From contig JAIYAU010000018.1 of assembly GCA_027488865.1 (NCBI GenBank), positions 2,635-66,634 of the forward strand: a DNA stretch of 64,000 nt. Direction: 5' to 3'. The notes beneath the pieces were generated by a model. It worked only from the letters and a program-made list of their open reading frames with translations, had not been told where the DNA came from and did no database searches. Positions 11,649 through 21,496 of this stretch are shown here, piece after piece. Origin of the DNA: Cytophagaceae bacterium. Its GTDB lineage: Bacteria > Bacteroidota > Bacteroidia > Cytophagales > UBA9547. How positions within the stretch are numbered: the first letter of the stretch is position 1; every line of letters begins with the position of its first letter. The position numbers and the translations under genes were made by a program.

Positions 11649-12659
11649 TTAAATAAAACTATTCAACGTCAACATAACTTCAGAAACCGAAATTTCTTTC
11701 ATACAATCATTTGAAGAACATTTTTCATATGCTTTTCCATCATAACAAGGCCTACAGCTTAGTGCTTGTCCGCCCCAAATAAATTTGGATTTAGGATGCA
11801 GACTTTTAAATGAATAGGGGCTTGTTGGTCCAAATAAACCTATGGAAGGAATATTAGCTAAGTCAGCAAGATGTAGTGGCCCACTATCATGAGTAATTAA
11901 TATATCTCCCTTGGATATTATTCTGATAGTATCTAATAGTTTGTATTTACCAATTAAATTATGCACGTTCAAATGGGCAAAATACTCTTCCACCCAATTA
12001 TCCAATGGCCCACCGATTATGGTAACAGTATGTCCGTCCAATATTAAATTTTGAGCTAAACTTACATAGTTTTCAATAGGCCATCTTCTTAAACTATCCT
12101 CACTAAGTAAATTCTTTGCTCCTCCCGGGGATAAAATGAATTTTTTTTTGTCAGGTTTTACAAATAGGTTTAGATTAGTTTCAATGTTGCTAATTTTTGG
12201 ATATTCTATATCATATTGATAAGGACCAGTATTCATCTCAAATGACCAAAGATAATCGTAAGTATGGTGGTGTTGAGGTATTGGCAATAGTCGTTGCTTT
12301 TTAAATCTATTAAAGCATCTAATTTCTTTAATTTTAACGGTGGACAGCAATAATTTATATTTGTTAGTGTAGTAGTAATAAAGACCTAAATCGTATCTAG
12401 TACCAAATAATTTTAAACAAGTTCTAAATATTTCGGTAATGACTTTCAGAATGTTATTACCTAAAAGTTTTGAATCATCAACTTCAATTATTTCATCAAT
12501 TTCTTTTATTTCTTGTAAAATAGGTGTCACTGTTTTGCCACACAACCAACTTATATGGGCATTCGGGTGTTTCTTTTTGATATGTGTTACCAATGGTAAA
12601 CACATTACCACATCACCTATTGCACCAATTTTAACAATTAATATTTTCATTTTAATCAA
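11649..12659 (-). CDS. Glycosyltransferase family 9 (LPS heptosyltransferase-like)
   Basis: N-terminal MKILIVKIGAIGDVVMCLPL, and HDSGPLHLA...GLFGPT near the C-terminus, are GT9 hallmarks. The gene starts 7 nt downstream of rlmB. Confidence 0.8.
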   Translation of the reverse strand: MIKMKILIVKIGAIGDVVMCLPLVTHIKKKHPNAHISWLCGKTVTPILQEIKEIDEIIEVDDSKLLGNNILKVITEIFRTCLKLFGTRYDLGLYYYYTNKYKLLLSTVKIKEIRCFNRFKKQRLLPIPQHHHTYDYLWSFEMNTGPYQYDIEYPKISNIETNLNLFVKPDKKKFILSPGGAKNLLSEDSLRRWPIENYVSLAQNLILDGHTVTIIGGPLDNWVEEYFAHLNVHNLIGKYKLLDTIRIISKGDILITHDSGPLHLADLANIPSIGLFGPTSPYSFKSLHPKSKFIWGGQALSCRPCYDGKAYEKCSSNDCMKEISVSEVMLTLNSFI

Positions 12660-12666
12660 ATTAACC

Positions 12667-13413
12667 TTATTTCATCCTCCCCCTTACCACCTCATAAATT
12701 ATAACGCCAGCAGCAACAGACACATTGAGCGACTCAATTTTGCCATACATTGGGATTTTAACTAAATGGTCACTTCGTTTTAGGTATTCTGGAGATACGC
12801 CGTCTTCTTCTGAGCCCATGATAATGGCTGTGGGTAAAGTATAGTCAGGACCATACAGCAAGTCATCTGTTTTTTCTGTACAAGCAATGATCTGTAGGCC
12901 GCTTTCTTTTAAGTATTCAATGGTCTTTTTTAGGTTATATTCTCTGCAAATTGGCAAATAACTAATTGCCCCTGCTGAGGTTTTCATGGCGTCACTATTG
13001 ATTTGAGCACCGCCTTTTTCTGGGATAATGATAGCATGTACTCCAGCACACTCTGCTGTGCGGCAAATAGCACCAAAATTTCTTACATCTGTTACCCTGT
13101 CTAATATGAGTAGGAGGGGAGTTTCACCTTTTTCGAAGGTATCGGCAATGATATTTTCAATAGAAGAAAATTGTACATAAGCAGCAAAGGCAATTACTCC
13201 TTGATGGTTTTTGCGTGTTATTCTATCTAACTTTTCTGGGGGATTGATACTAATAGTAACATTTAGCTCCTTGGCCAATTGTATAAGTTCAGGCAATTGT
13301 TGGTTGGTAAGGCCTTTTTGAACCAATATTTTGTCTATTTCTTTTCCAGAACGAAGTGCCTCTAATACGGGCCTAAATCCAAATAAAAAATCTTCTGTTT
13401 TTGTTTCCTTCAC
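12667..13413 (-). CDS. rlmB: 23S rRNA (guanosine-2'-O)-methyltransferase RlmB (SpoU/TrmH family)
   Basis: N-terminal substrate-binding domain (FGFRPVLEALRSGKEIDKILV). SPOUT motifs NFGAICRTAE, IIMGSEEDGV and ESLNVSVAAGVIIYE. Confidence 0.85.
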   Translation of the reverse strand: MKETKTEDFLFGFRPVLEALRSGKEIDKILVQKGLTNQQLPELIQLAKELNVTISINPPEKLDRITRKNHQGVIAFAAYVQFSSIENIIADTFEKGETPLLLILDRVTDVRNFGAICRTAECAGVHAIIIPEKGGAQINSDAMKTSAGAISYLPICREYNLKKTIEYLKESGLQIIACTEKTDDLLYGPDYTLPTAIIMGSEEDGVSPEYLKRSDHLVKIPMYGKIESLNVSVAAGVIIYEVVRGRMK

Positions 13414-13515
13414 GCTTTAAATCTATAAAATCGTACAAATTTAATCCAAATATCTTGATTCATAATGAATGAGGACTAAGAATTTGGATTAAACTTAATT
13501 ATTACAACTAGTTAA

Positions 13516-13600
13516 GGTTGAAAGTAAAGGAGTTTGTTAAAATAAAGACCAAAACTAATAGTTCAGAGAAAGCAGTAAAAGTTAATATCAATTCTGATTG
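13516..13600 (+). repeat. Solitary diverged A+B copy of the 42-bp repeat family found at 44.8-45.25 kb
   Basis: GTTGAAAGTAAAGGAGTTTGTTAAAA matches the type A unit ATTGAAAGGTAAATTAGGTTTGTTTAAAA (23 matches in 28 aligned columns by hand). AGAAAGCAGTAA at 13567-13578 is identical to the type B core. Confidence 0.55.
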
Positions 13601-13718
13601 TTTTTTGCACTAATTATGATAAAATATACTATCAAGGCTGGGGCTTGTACCTCCTCAAGCTAGACGATCAAGTAGAGAAGATTATCGAGTAACTCCTTCC
13701 ACTTAAATCTAACTCAAT

Positions 13719-13745
13719 AAGGCCAAGTTTTCCTCGGCCTTTTTT
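13719..13745 (+). terminator. Intrinsic terminator-like hairpin with a T-run on the + strand (orphan), immediately 3' of the - strand nuclease gene
   Basis: AAGGCCAAG-TTTTC-CTCGGCCTT forms a 9-bp stem with one mismatch, followed by TTTTTG on the + strand. On the - strand the trailing sequence is not T-rich. Confidence 0.5.
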
Positions 13746-13756
13746 GTGCTTTCCCA

Positions 13757-14281
13757 TTATTTCAACTTCCTCCATTCCCAAGGTGCTTTTGGGTGGTCTT
13801 CCTTCCACAATCCCAATTTTTCATTTCTTGCCTTGTTTTCAAGGAGTTGATAGTGGTTGCTTTTAGAATATTTTTTATACTGCCATGCTAATCCTTTTCT
13901 TACTAATATTTCGTTCAAAACGCTACCATCGGGTAGGTAAACATAGGCCAAAAAACGATTGTATTTTTCTTTCTTGAGTATCCTATATTTTACCACACTC
14001 CCAGCGATCATGCTTGTTGTAAAAGCTTTTGCTTGAAGGCCAAATGCTTGCTTCTTTTCGGGGCAATCGATTTCTGCAAGCCTAATGGTAATGGATTTTT
14101 GGTTTTGCAAAATCACAAAGGTGTCTCCGTCTTTTACCTTTACAACTTTACCAAGTTGTAAATCTTGCCCACAACACAATTTGGCAAATAAAAAAAATAG
14201 AAGCTTGAATTTCAAACTTCTATTAAATAGAATTAAATAAGATAAAAAATTGTGACCTATTTTTTCCACTTTATTCCACAA
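13757..14281 (-). CDS. Secreted thermonuclease (staphylococcal nuclease/SNase homologue)
   Basis: VVKVKDGDTFVI...IRLAEIDCPEKKQAFG...RFLAYVY...NEILVRKGLAW is an SNase-like OB-fold pattern. An in-frame TTG at 14215 would give an MKFKLLFFLFAKLCCGQ signal peptide and remove the overlap with the upstream gene. Confidence 0.8.
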   Translation of the reverse strand: MWNKVEKIGHNFLSYLILFNRSLKFKLLFFLFAKLCCGQDLQLGKVVKVKDGDTFVILQNQKSITIRLAEIDCPEKKQAFGLQAKAFTTSMIAGSVVKYRILKKEKYNRFLAYVYLPDGSVLNEILVRKGLAWQYKKYSKSNHYQLLENKARNEKLGLWKEDHPKAPWEWRKLK

Positions 14282-14871
14282 CCAATGGCTTTTGTTTCTT
14301 TTGTTTTTACTTCATTACTAGCTAACAAGGCATTAATGGCATTTTCCACATACCTTTCTTTCACAGCTTGTGCGTCATCGGTATTATCATCAATAGCACC
14401 AATATATTCCACTATCAACTCATTTTTTACCTTTTTCAATATGTAAATATGCGGTGTTTTAAGCGCACCATAAGCTTTAGCTATTTCTTGTGATTCGTCA
14501 CGAAGATATGGGAAACTAAATGCTTTATCTTTTGCACGAATTTTCATGTTTTCAAATGAATCATCTGGATAACTAACTTCATCATTGGGGTTGATAGCCA
14601 CCACGGGATACCCCTGAGATGCATATTTTTTATCAAGAGCTATAATTCTGTCTTCATATTTAACAGCAAATGGACAATGATTACATGTAAAGACAACGAT
14701 AAATCCTTTTGCCGACGTGAAGTCAGAAAGAGAAACGAGCTTGCTATCAATGTTTTTAAGTTTAAAGTCGATGGCTTTGTCACCAACTTTATAACCTTGA
14801 ATGCCCTTTGGTGCAAAGCCGCTAACAACTAGCAAAACACTAATTGTGAGAAGACTTAAGAATTTTTTCAT
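14257..14871 (-). CDS. Thioredoxin-fold thiol-disulfide oxidoreductase (redoxin/TlpA-like), secreted
   Basis: Signal peptide MKKFLSLLTISVLLVVSG. CxxC active site (TCNHCPF) in a redoxin-like context. Confidence 0.75.
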   Translation of the reverse strand: MKKFLSLLTISVLLVVSGFAPKGIQGYKVGDKAIDFKLKNIDSKLVSLSDFTSAKGFIVVFTCNHCPFAVKYEDRIIALDKKYASQGYPVVAINPNDEVSYPDDSFENMKIRAKDKAFSFPYLRDESQEIAKAYGALKTPHIYILKKVKNELIVEYIGAIDDNTDDAQAVKERYVENAINALLASNEVKTKETKAIGCGIKWKK

Positions 14872-14879
14872 GGATTTAA

Positions 14880-15497
14880 TTAATTTTTGATTGGTAAAAT
14901 TTTATACCCATTTTGGGCGATTTTTATAGAATCGGGCACTGTATAATTGAGTTTGTCATAACCCCAACCAGCCATTACAGCTACATGGGTAATTTTTTTA
15001 TATAAAGGACTAGTTTCTTTTTGATTTTCATAAACTATTTGTCTTGGATATACAAAGTACCTTAACCAGTTCTTATTAGTTAAACCTGCTGGGCCAAGCT
15101 TCATTGCATTGTTTTTTTGCTTTAAAGTATCTATCCAAGAAACTGGCGGAAAAAGTATAACTGCATCGTCTGGAGTCTCTCTGAAATTAAGGGCTTTTAC
15201 TAACACAGCGTAGTCAAACCCCTGTTTGGCAATAACTTTATCATCATAACTTGCTTTAGGATATTTTTTGATCATATCTAAATTATCCTTAATAAGACCG
15301 TCCTTTACCCAAGCATAACCTGGTACACTTTTGTACAAAACAAATAAGACAATTATTGTAATAAAAAGTAGAAAGATATTAAGATGGAATGGAATGCCTA
15401 CTTGTACACTGTTGGGTGGTACAAATTTCGCTTGTGGTGGTGGGTTGTTAATTTTGACTTTTTTAACGTTTTGGGCAGTAGACTTTTTCTTCGACAT
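14880..15497 (-). CDS. Hypothetical single-pass membrane protein
   Basis: Lys-rich N-terminus, one TM segment (IFLLFITIIVLFVLY), no recognisable motif. Tightly packed with the downstream redoxin gene. Confidence 0.5.
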   Translation of the reverse strand: MSKKKSTAQNVKKVKINNPPPQAKFVPPNSVQVGIPFHLNIFLLFITIIVLFVLYKSVPGYAWVKDGLIKDNLDMIKKYPKASYDDKVIAKQGFDYAVLVKALNFRETPDDAVILFPPVSWIDTLKQKNNAMKLGPAGLTNKNWLRYFVYPRQIVYENQKETSPLYKKITHVAVMAGWGYDKLNYTVPDSIKIAQNGYKILPIKN

Positions 15498-15608
15498 GTC
15501 TTATTTATCATAATTCTATCTCAAAACTAACAAACTTTTAATTGATTCTAAAGTTTGGTCAAATTTAAATTCATTGGAGGTTTAACCCACCATTTACCAT
15601 ATCCTCAA

Positions 15609-16679
15609 CTACAAATTATCCAACACCTTTTGTCCCATGGCTGATGTGCCCACTTTTTTATCAATAGGAGTGGTGTAATCAGCGATGTCTGCACTCCTCC
15701 AGCCTTGTTTGAGGGTTTGATCGACTGCGTTTACAATGGCCTCGGCTTCTTTTTTTAAACCAAATGATATTTCCAATAATAGTGCTGCTGATAAAATTGA
15801 AGCTAAAGGATTGGCGATTCCTTTCCCAGCAATGTCATGCGCAGAGCCATGAATTGGCTCATAAAATCCAATTTTATCACCAACAGATGCAGAGGCTAAC
15901 ATACCCATAGATCCAGCAATTTGTGAAGCCTCATCTGTAAGAATATCACCAAATAAATTAGCAGTAAGCACCACGTCAAAGCGTTTTGGATCTTTTATCA
16001 ATTGCATGGCAGCATTGTCGATAAACATATGCTCCGTCTCTACTTCTGGATATTTTTTAGCTACATCTTGTACCACTTCTCTCCATAATCTTGAAGACTC
16101 CAATACATTAGCTTTGTCAACTGAACAAAGTTTTTTGTTTCGTTTCATGGCGGCTTCATACGCCTTTATAGCTATTCTTTCTACCTCATAAGCAGAATAT
16201 ATCATTAGATCAGAGGCTGTTTTTCTATCTTCAGATCGTTTCTTTTCACCAAAATAAACATCACCTGTCAATTCTCTAAAAAACAAAATATCGGCTCCTC
16301 TGAGTATTTCTGGTTTAATGCTCGATGCCCCAAGAAGTTCATCAAATAATTTTATAGGTCTTAAATTGGCATATAAACCAAGTTCTTTTCTTATTTTAAG
16401 CAGCCCTTGCTCTGGTCTTACTTTAGCACTTGGATCATTGTCGTATTTGATATGGCCTATCGCTCCAAAAAGAATGGCGTCGCTCGCATTGGCTTTGGCC
16501 AAAGTTTCGTCGGGTAGTGGATTGCCTGTGGCTTCTATAGCCACATGTCCCATTAGTGCTTCATCAAAATCAAATTGATGATTAAACTTTAGGGCGATTT
16601 TTTCTAAAACTTTTTTCCCCCAATCGGTAACTTCTTGGCCTATTCCATCTCCTGGAATTACTAAAATATTTTTTTTCAT
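15609..16679 (-). CDS. leuB: 3-isopropylmalate dehydrogenase
   Basis: Full-length match to the family pattern (VIPGDGIGQEV, NLFGDILTDEASQIAGSMGMLASAS, EPIHGSAHDIAGKGIANP). Confidence 0.95.
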   Translation of the reverse strand: MKKNILVIPGDGIGQEVTDWGKKVLEKIALKFNHQFDFDEALMGHVAIEATGNPLPDETLAKANASDAILFGAIGHIKYDNDPSAKVRPEQGLLKIRKELGLYANLRPIKLFDELLGASSIKPEILRGADILFFRELTGDVYFGEKKRSEDRKTASDLMIYSAYEVERIAIKAYEAAMKRNKKLCSVDKANVLESSRLWREVVQDVAKKYPEVETEHMFIDNAAMQLIKDPKRFDVVLTANLFGDILTDEASQIAGSMGMLASASVGDKIGFYEPIHGSAHDIAGKGIANPLASILSAALLLEISFGLKKEAEAIVNAVDQTLKQGWRSADIADYTTPIDKKVGTSAMGQKVLDNL

Positions 16680-16719
16680 TTAATCCTTGCTTACGCTAAC
16701 TTAAGAAGTCGCAAAACTA

Positions 16720-16727
16720 CAAATTTA
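16720..16727 (-). promoter_or_regulatory. Candidate Bacteroidetes -7 box (TAAATTTG) for leuB
   Basis: Exact TAnnTTTG match on the - strand, about 40 nt upstream of the leuB ATG. This motif is expected fairly often by chance in AT-rich DNA. Confidence 0.3.
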
Positions 16728-16943
16728 TTTTAGTTACGCTATAATTTTAATGTTAAAATGAACCTAAAGACCAATTTAGAGGGTGTTCGATGATTGATAT
16801 GATGGGTTAAAAATAAACCTATAATTAATGATGATTAACCAAACTGGCGGTTGAAGTCACTAATCCTTCCAAAGTTAGAACTATTTGGTAAATTGAACCA
16901 AAGAAATACTATTTGATTTTAAAACAATTTTATGGTTAGATAT

Positions 16944-16977
16944 AAAAATAGGTTGACATTGCTACCAACCTATTTTT
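16944..16977 (-). terminator. Intrinsic (bidirectional-type) terminator after the T9SS cargo gene
   Basis: AAAAATAGGTTG-N10-CAACCTATTTTT is a perfect 12-bp palindromic stem with built-in A and T runs, 31 nt from the stop at 17008. Confidence 0.65.
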
Positions 16978-17007
16978 ATAGATTCAAAACACTTTTTTTG
17001 AATAACC

Positions 17008-17760
17008 TTATTCTTTTACCAATTTGGTAGATTTACCGTTACTTTTTAATACATACACACCTTTGCTTAATTCAGAAATATTTGCCTCATCAAATCCTTT
17101 AAGCAATAGTTGTCCATTTAGATCATAGATTTCAAAAGCGCCTTCACAATTAATTCTATCTGTCGCTGGGTTTGGATAAAATGTACTTGGTGTTTGAATA
17201 ACGTCCTCAACACTTGTAATGTTGGTGACGCTGTTGCCTTTTAATAACATAGTATAAACACCTGCACTTGCTCTTTTAACTTGATTCCCACCCGTAATAG
17301 TAATTGTAAGTGTTGCACTTTTTTGGCCAGTATTAGGTTCTGTAACACTTACGCATTGTAATGTTGTCGGGCAGCCGCCATTAGGAGGCTTAGGTATACA
17401 ACCAGGTTGAATGATAGCAATACGTTTTTGATATGTTTTAGAGCCGGGAACAAAAAAAACATTAAAACTATTGCTTTTACCACTATAATCAACAGAAAAA
17501 GATGAAGGATCTTGTTCAACACCACAAACAGTTGTACCGCTAGTAGTGATATCTTCCAAAAGGCTATAAGTGATTGATTCACCAGACAACAAACCATTTA
17601 CAGTAAACGACTTAGATGCAGTACTTGAAAAAAGGCTTTGACCAAAATCGTACTCAAAACCACTCGTGGTTTGGGTAGCATTGGTAATAGTTACTGTCGG
17701 CTGTGCTAAAAGGCCAAACACGAAACAATTGGTTAAAATAAGTAGTAAAGATTTTTTCAT
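17008..17760 (-). CDS. Secreted protein with a type-A T9SS C-terminal sorting domain
   Basis: Signal peptide MKKSLLLILTNCFVFGLLAQ. The C-terminus FYPNPATDRI...YDLNGQLL...GVYVLKSNGKSTKLVKE matches the Por/T9SS CTD pattern. Confidence 0.7.
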   Translation of the reverse strand: MKKSLLLILTNCFVFGLLAQPTVTITNATQTTSGFEYDFGQSLFSSTASKSFTVNGLLSGESITYSLLEDITTSGTTVCGVEQDPSSFSVDYSGKSNSFNVFFVPGSKTYQKRIAIIQPGCIPKPPNGGCPTTLQCVSVTEPNTGQKSATLTITITGGNQVKRASAGVYTMLLKGNSVTNITSVEDVIQTPSTFYPNPATDRINCEGAFEIYDLNGQLLLKGFDEANISELSKGVYVLKSNGKSTKLVKE

Positions 17761-17881
17761 AAGAATAAAATTTAATTTTGTTCAAAGGTAAAAATTTAAA
17801 ATGATTACTGTACTACCCGAAATGGGTAGGTGTAAAAAATAATTTATTAAATATGGGAGTTAAGATTAATAAATGTTTTGA

Positions 17882-18463
17882 CTATTTAAGCCTACTCGGA
17901 TTTTGATTCAAAAAAGCCTTCCAGGTAGAGGCTTTTAATGCTACTTTTCCATTTTGAAAATGATGACACACTGCTACACCGAGGGCATCTGTAGCATCGT
18001 AAAATTCTGGAGTTTCATTAAAATCCAACAGAGTCATTAACATTGCCGCTACTTGTTCTTTAGAGGCGTTACCATTGCCAGTTACGGATTGTTTTATCTT
18101 TTTTGGAGCGTATTCCACTACAGGTATTTTTCGAGATAAAGCAGCTGCTATGGCCACTCCTTGGGCACGCCCCAGCTTCAACATTGATTGAACGTTTTTA
18201 CCAAAAAATGGTGCTTCAATGGCCATTTCGTCGGGCAGGTATTCATCTATTATACTAGAAACCCTGTCAAAAATCTTTTCTAGTTTAATAGCTTGATCTT
18301 CGTATTTCTCGAGCCTAATTACACCATATTGCAATAAAAATAATTTTTTATCTTTAATAGCAATTAGACCATAGCCCATTACATTTGTACCTGGGTCTAC
18401 CCCAAGTATTATCTTTTCCTTATTGGTTACTTTAGTAGTAAGGTTGGCATTCATGTTATGCAA
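17882..18463 (-). CDS. ruvC: Crossover junction endodeoxyribonuclease RuvC
   Basis: [36 protein letters not shown] and [12 protein letters not shown] motifs. The ATG at 18454 is a more likely start than the TTG at 18463. Confidence 0.9.
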   Translation of the reverse strand: MHNMNANLTTKVTNKEKIILGVDPGTNVMGYGLIAIKDKKLFLLQYGVIRLEKYEDQAIKLEKIFDRVSSIIDEYLPDEMAIEAPFFGKNVQSMLKLGRAQGVAIAAALSRKIPVVEYAPKKIKQSVTGNGNASKEQVAAMLMTLLDFNETPEFYDATDALGVAVCHHFQNGKVALKASTWKAFLNQNPSRLK

Positions 18464-19453
18464 AATTACCCAAAATCTTCAGTTTATTCTATTTTATCTC
18501 ATCCCAAAACGATTTTTTATCTGAAATTGCTGATTTTATTATTTATCTTGATCTATATCGGCTTTAAAATGATCAAAATTGGTAATGTTGCGGAAAAATT
18601 AGGTACTGAATTTTCGTTGATTTATGCCAAAGCACTTACTCCATTATGCGGTGTAATCATTCTGTTTAGCCCGCTCAATTGGGCAATGGAAGCACTAAAG
18701 TGGCAACTTCTAGCACTTAAAATAGAAAAAACAAGTTTTGGTAGTGCCTTTAAGGGAGTAATTGCGGGTCTGAGTCTAGGATTTGTCACTCCACATAACG
18801 TGGGAGACTATGCAGGCAGAATTTGGCAAATGAAAAATGACAACCGTTTTCAGGCCATTGGATCAATTTTGTTAAGCCATGCTGGTCAATTTTTAGTTAC
18901 TTGTTTAATGGGTTTGCTGGGCTGGGCCATTTATTATGCAAATGGAATACTAACCATCGACAACATGAATGGACTTTTGTTCAGTTTAATGTTGCTACTT
19001 ATTATATGTTCAATTATAATATTATTTGTACCCGATTTTTTAGTAAAACTAGTAAATATGCTTCCGTTTTTAGTAAGATTTGAAAACTATGTCAAAATTT
19101 CAAGAAGTTACAACAGTCAAGAAAGACTAACTATTTTGGTTATTTCGATGCTGCGATACCTTGTTTTTAGCTTACAATTTATACTATTAATTAATTTATT
19201 AAAAGTAGACCTACCTATGCCTTTGTTATTTGCAGGAATTACTTTGGTATTTTTTACAAAATCGGTTGTACCTACTTTTAATTTTTTGAGTGATTTAGGA
19301 CTTCGTGAGGTATCTGCGCTTTATTTTTTGGGTATGTTGCCTATTGCTGAGCCTAAAATATTAGCCGCCAGCCTCTGTTTATGGATCATCAACATCCTCA
19401 TGCCTGCCACCTTAGGCACCATTTTTATTCTAACTTTAAAAATTTTGAAATAA
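18458..19453 (+). CDS. Polytopic membrane protein, flippase-like / lysylphosphatidylglycerol-synthase TM-region family (UPF0104-like)
   Basis: About 8 TM segments with family-like spacing of conserved G/P/R positions. The assignment is weak and made by eye. Confidence 0.45.
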   Translation: MQNYPKSSVYSILSHPKTIFYLKLLILLFILIYIGFKMIKIGNVAEKLGTEFSLIYAKALTPLCGVIILFSPLNWAMEALKWQLLALKIEKTSFGSAFKGVIAGLSLGFVTPHNVGDYAGRIWQMKNDNRFQAIGSILLSHAGQFLVTCLMGLLGWAIYYANGILTIDNMNGLLFSLMLLLIICSIIILFVPDFLVKLVNMLPFLVRFENYVKISRSYNSQERLTILVISMLRYLVFSLQFILLINLLKVDLPMPLLFAGITLVFFTKSVVPTFNFLSDLGLREVSALYFLGMLPIAEPKILAASLCLWIINILMPATLGTIFILTLKILK

Positions 19454-19682
19454 TGAATGCAGATTATTTAAAACAAATGTTCTATAGCAAGTAATCAGAA
19501 ATATGGATTGTACTAGTTCATAATTTATTTTTAATAGTTTTTTAGAACATTTTTTTAAATTTGTGCCGCTTCGTTGGGATATTTTAATTCACTCTAAAAC
19601 CTAGAAGCTTTTATTAATACGATTATTATACTTTTTATTCGTTTTACTGGTCTTTGATGACCTTTTATAAATTAGTTAAACT

Positions 19683-21434
19683 ATGTTACGTACCCATACT
19701 TGTGGTGAGTTAAGAATTGAAAATAAAGATAGCGAAGTTGTATTGTGTGGTTGGGTGCAACGTGTACGAGACAAAGGTAGCATGGTGTGGGTAGATTTGA
19801 GAGATAGATATGGCATAACTCAGCTTATGTTTGAACCTAACGACAATCAAGCTTTAGCTGAAACTATACGAAGTGTAGGGAGGGAGTTTGTACTTAAAGC
19901 TACAGGTAAGGTAATTGAGCGTGTTTCAAAAAATGACAAAATCGGTACTGGAGATATAGAAATATTGGTGACTGAAGTAGAAATACTTAATCCCGCCAAA
20001 TTGCCGCCTTTTTTAATTGAAGACGAAACCGACGGCGGAGACGAACTTCGTATGAAGTACCGCTATTTGGATTTAAGGAGAAATGTAGTGAGACAAAATC
20101 TAGAACTGCGCCATCGTGTGGCTATTGAGGCTAGAAATTATTTGGATAAACAGCGTTTTATTGAAGTAGAGACCCCTGTGTTAATAAAATCTACCCCTGA
20201 AGGAGCTCGTGATTTTGTGGTGCCTTCAAGAATGAACCCAGGAGAATTTTACGCATTGCCCCAATCACCACAAACCTTCAAACAACTATTGATGGTGTCA
20301 GGATTTGACAGATATTATCAAATTGTAAAATGTTTTAGAGATGAGGATTTACGGGCAGATAGGCAACCAGAATTTACTCAAATAGATTGTGAAATGTCTT
20401 TTGTAACTCAAGAAGACATTTTGAATACTTTTGAAGGGTTGGTTAGACATTTGTTTAAGGTGGTAAAACAAATTGATTTGCCTACACTTACAAGAATGAC
20501 CTATGCTGATGCCATGACTTATTATGGTAATGACAAACCAGATATTAGGTTTGAAATGAAATTTGTAGAGCTAAACGAACTCACCCAAGGCAAAGGTTTT
20601 GTGGTTTTTGATTCGGCACCATTGGTGGTGGGTATTAATGCAACAGGTTGTGCTTCATATACTAGAAAACAAATAGATGAGCTCACAGAATGGGTAAAAC
20701 GTCCGCAAATAGGAGCCAAAGGTCTGGTTTATATTAAAGCAGAAGAGGACGGAACTTTTAAATCAAGTGTAGACAAATTCTATACCCAACAAGATTTACA
20801 AGCTATTGGAAATAAATTTAATGCAAAAGCTGGTGATTTAATTTTGATATTATCAGGAGAGACAAATAAAGTACGAAAACAATTAAGTGAACTTAGGTTG
20901 GAAATGGGTACAAGACTTGGTCTTCGTGATAAAGACAAGTTTTCTGCACATTGGGTTGTAGATTTTCCATTGCTCGAATTTAACGAAGAAGAGAATCGAT
21001 GGTTTGCCATGCACCATCCATTTACCTCACCTAAGCCCGAGGATATAGTTCATTTAGACGCTGGTAATTTAGGCGAGGTAAGGGCTAACGCATATGACAT
21101 GGTTATTAATGGTGTTGAAGTAGGAGGAGGTTCTATTCGTATACATGATCGTGTTTTGCAAGCTAAGATGTTTGGAATACTTGGATTTAGTGACGAAGAA
21201 GCTAAACATCAATTTGGCTTTTTGATGGATGCATTTGAATATGGCGCACCTCCACACGGGGGATTAGCTTTTGGTTTTGATAGATTATGCTCACTTTTTG
21301 GTGGTTCTGACTCGATTAGAGATTTTATTGCCTTCCCAAAAAATAATTCTGGAAGAGATGTAATGATAGATGCACCTTCTACTATAGATCAAAAACAATT
21401 AAAAGAGCTTAGTATTGCGGTGAGTAAGTCATAA
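19683..21434 (+). CDS. aspS: Aspartate--tRNA ligase
   Basis: Class IIb aaRS motifs ([35 protein letters not shown]) plus an N-terminal OB anticodon-binding domain. Confidence 0.97.
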   Translation: MLRTHTCGELRIENKDSEVVLCGWVQRVRDKGSMVWVDLRDRYGITQLMFEPNDNQALAETIRSVGREFVLKATGKVIERVSKNDKIGTGDIEILVTEVEILNPAKLPPFLIEDETDGGDELRMKYRYLDLRRNVVRQNLELRHRVAIEARNYLDKQRFIEVETPVLIKSTPEGARDFVVPSRMNPGEFYALPQSPQTFKQLLMVSGFDRYYQIVKCFRDEDLRADRQPEFTQIDCEMSFVTQEDILNTFEGLVRHLFKVVKQIDLPTLTRMTYADAMTYYGNDKPDIRFEMKFVELNELTQGKGFVVFDSAPLVVGINATGCASYTRKQIDELTEWVKRPQIGAKGLVYIKAEEDGTFKSSVDKFYTQQDLQAIGNKFNAKAGDLILILSGETNKVRKQLSELRLEMGTRLGLRDKDKFSAHWVVDFPLLEFNEEENRWFAMHHPFTSPKPEDIVHLDAGNLGEVRANAYDMVINGVEVGGGSIRIHDRVLQAKMFGILGFSDEEAKHQFGFLMDAFEYGAPPHGGLAFGFDRLCSLFGGSDSIRDFIAFPKNNSGRDVMIDAPSTIDQKQLKELSIAVSKS

Positions 21435-21459
21435 GAAAAAAATTGATAATTAAGATTTT

Positions 21460-21496
21460 AAAACGATGGCTAGATTAGAAACATCTCCATCGTTTT
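21460..21496 (+). terminator. Intrinsic terminator of aspS
   Basis: AAAACGATGG-N17-CCATCGTTTT, 26 nt after the stop codon. Confidence 0.5.

Noticed and set aside
12141-12149. T9 homopolymer inside the GT9 heptosyltransferase gene as a phase-variation switch
   Set aside because: Runs of 8 A/T occur repeatedly in ordinary genes of this AT-rich window (e.g. near 7790, 8031, 8151, 9886, 31606, 35586), so a 9-mer is not distinctive. Poly-A/T tracts of this length are weak slippage substrates.
12439-12765. 108-aa + strand ORF across the GT9/rlmB junction
   Set aside because: It is antisense to two well-supported genes and has no recognisable domain.
13616-13663. 15-aa micro-ORF MIKYTIKAGACTSSS in the rlmB/nuclease spacer
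   Set aside because: It is too short to evaluate, with no obvious ribosome-binding context and no repeated or leader-peptide-like codon bias. It is kept only as part of the candidate sRNA region.
13414-13756. Known housekeeping ncRNA (SRP RNA, tmRNA, RNase P RNA, 6S) in this spacer
   Set aside because: None of the conserved cores I can recall is present. These include the SRP GGAAG/AGCA domain IV motifs, the tmRNA 5' GGGGCUGA with its tag reading frame, and the RNase P GAGGAAAGUCC.
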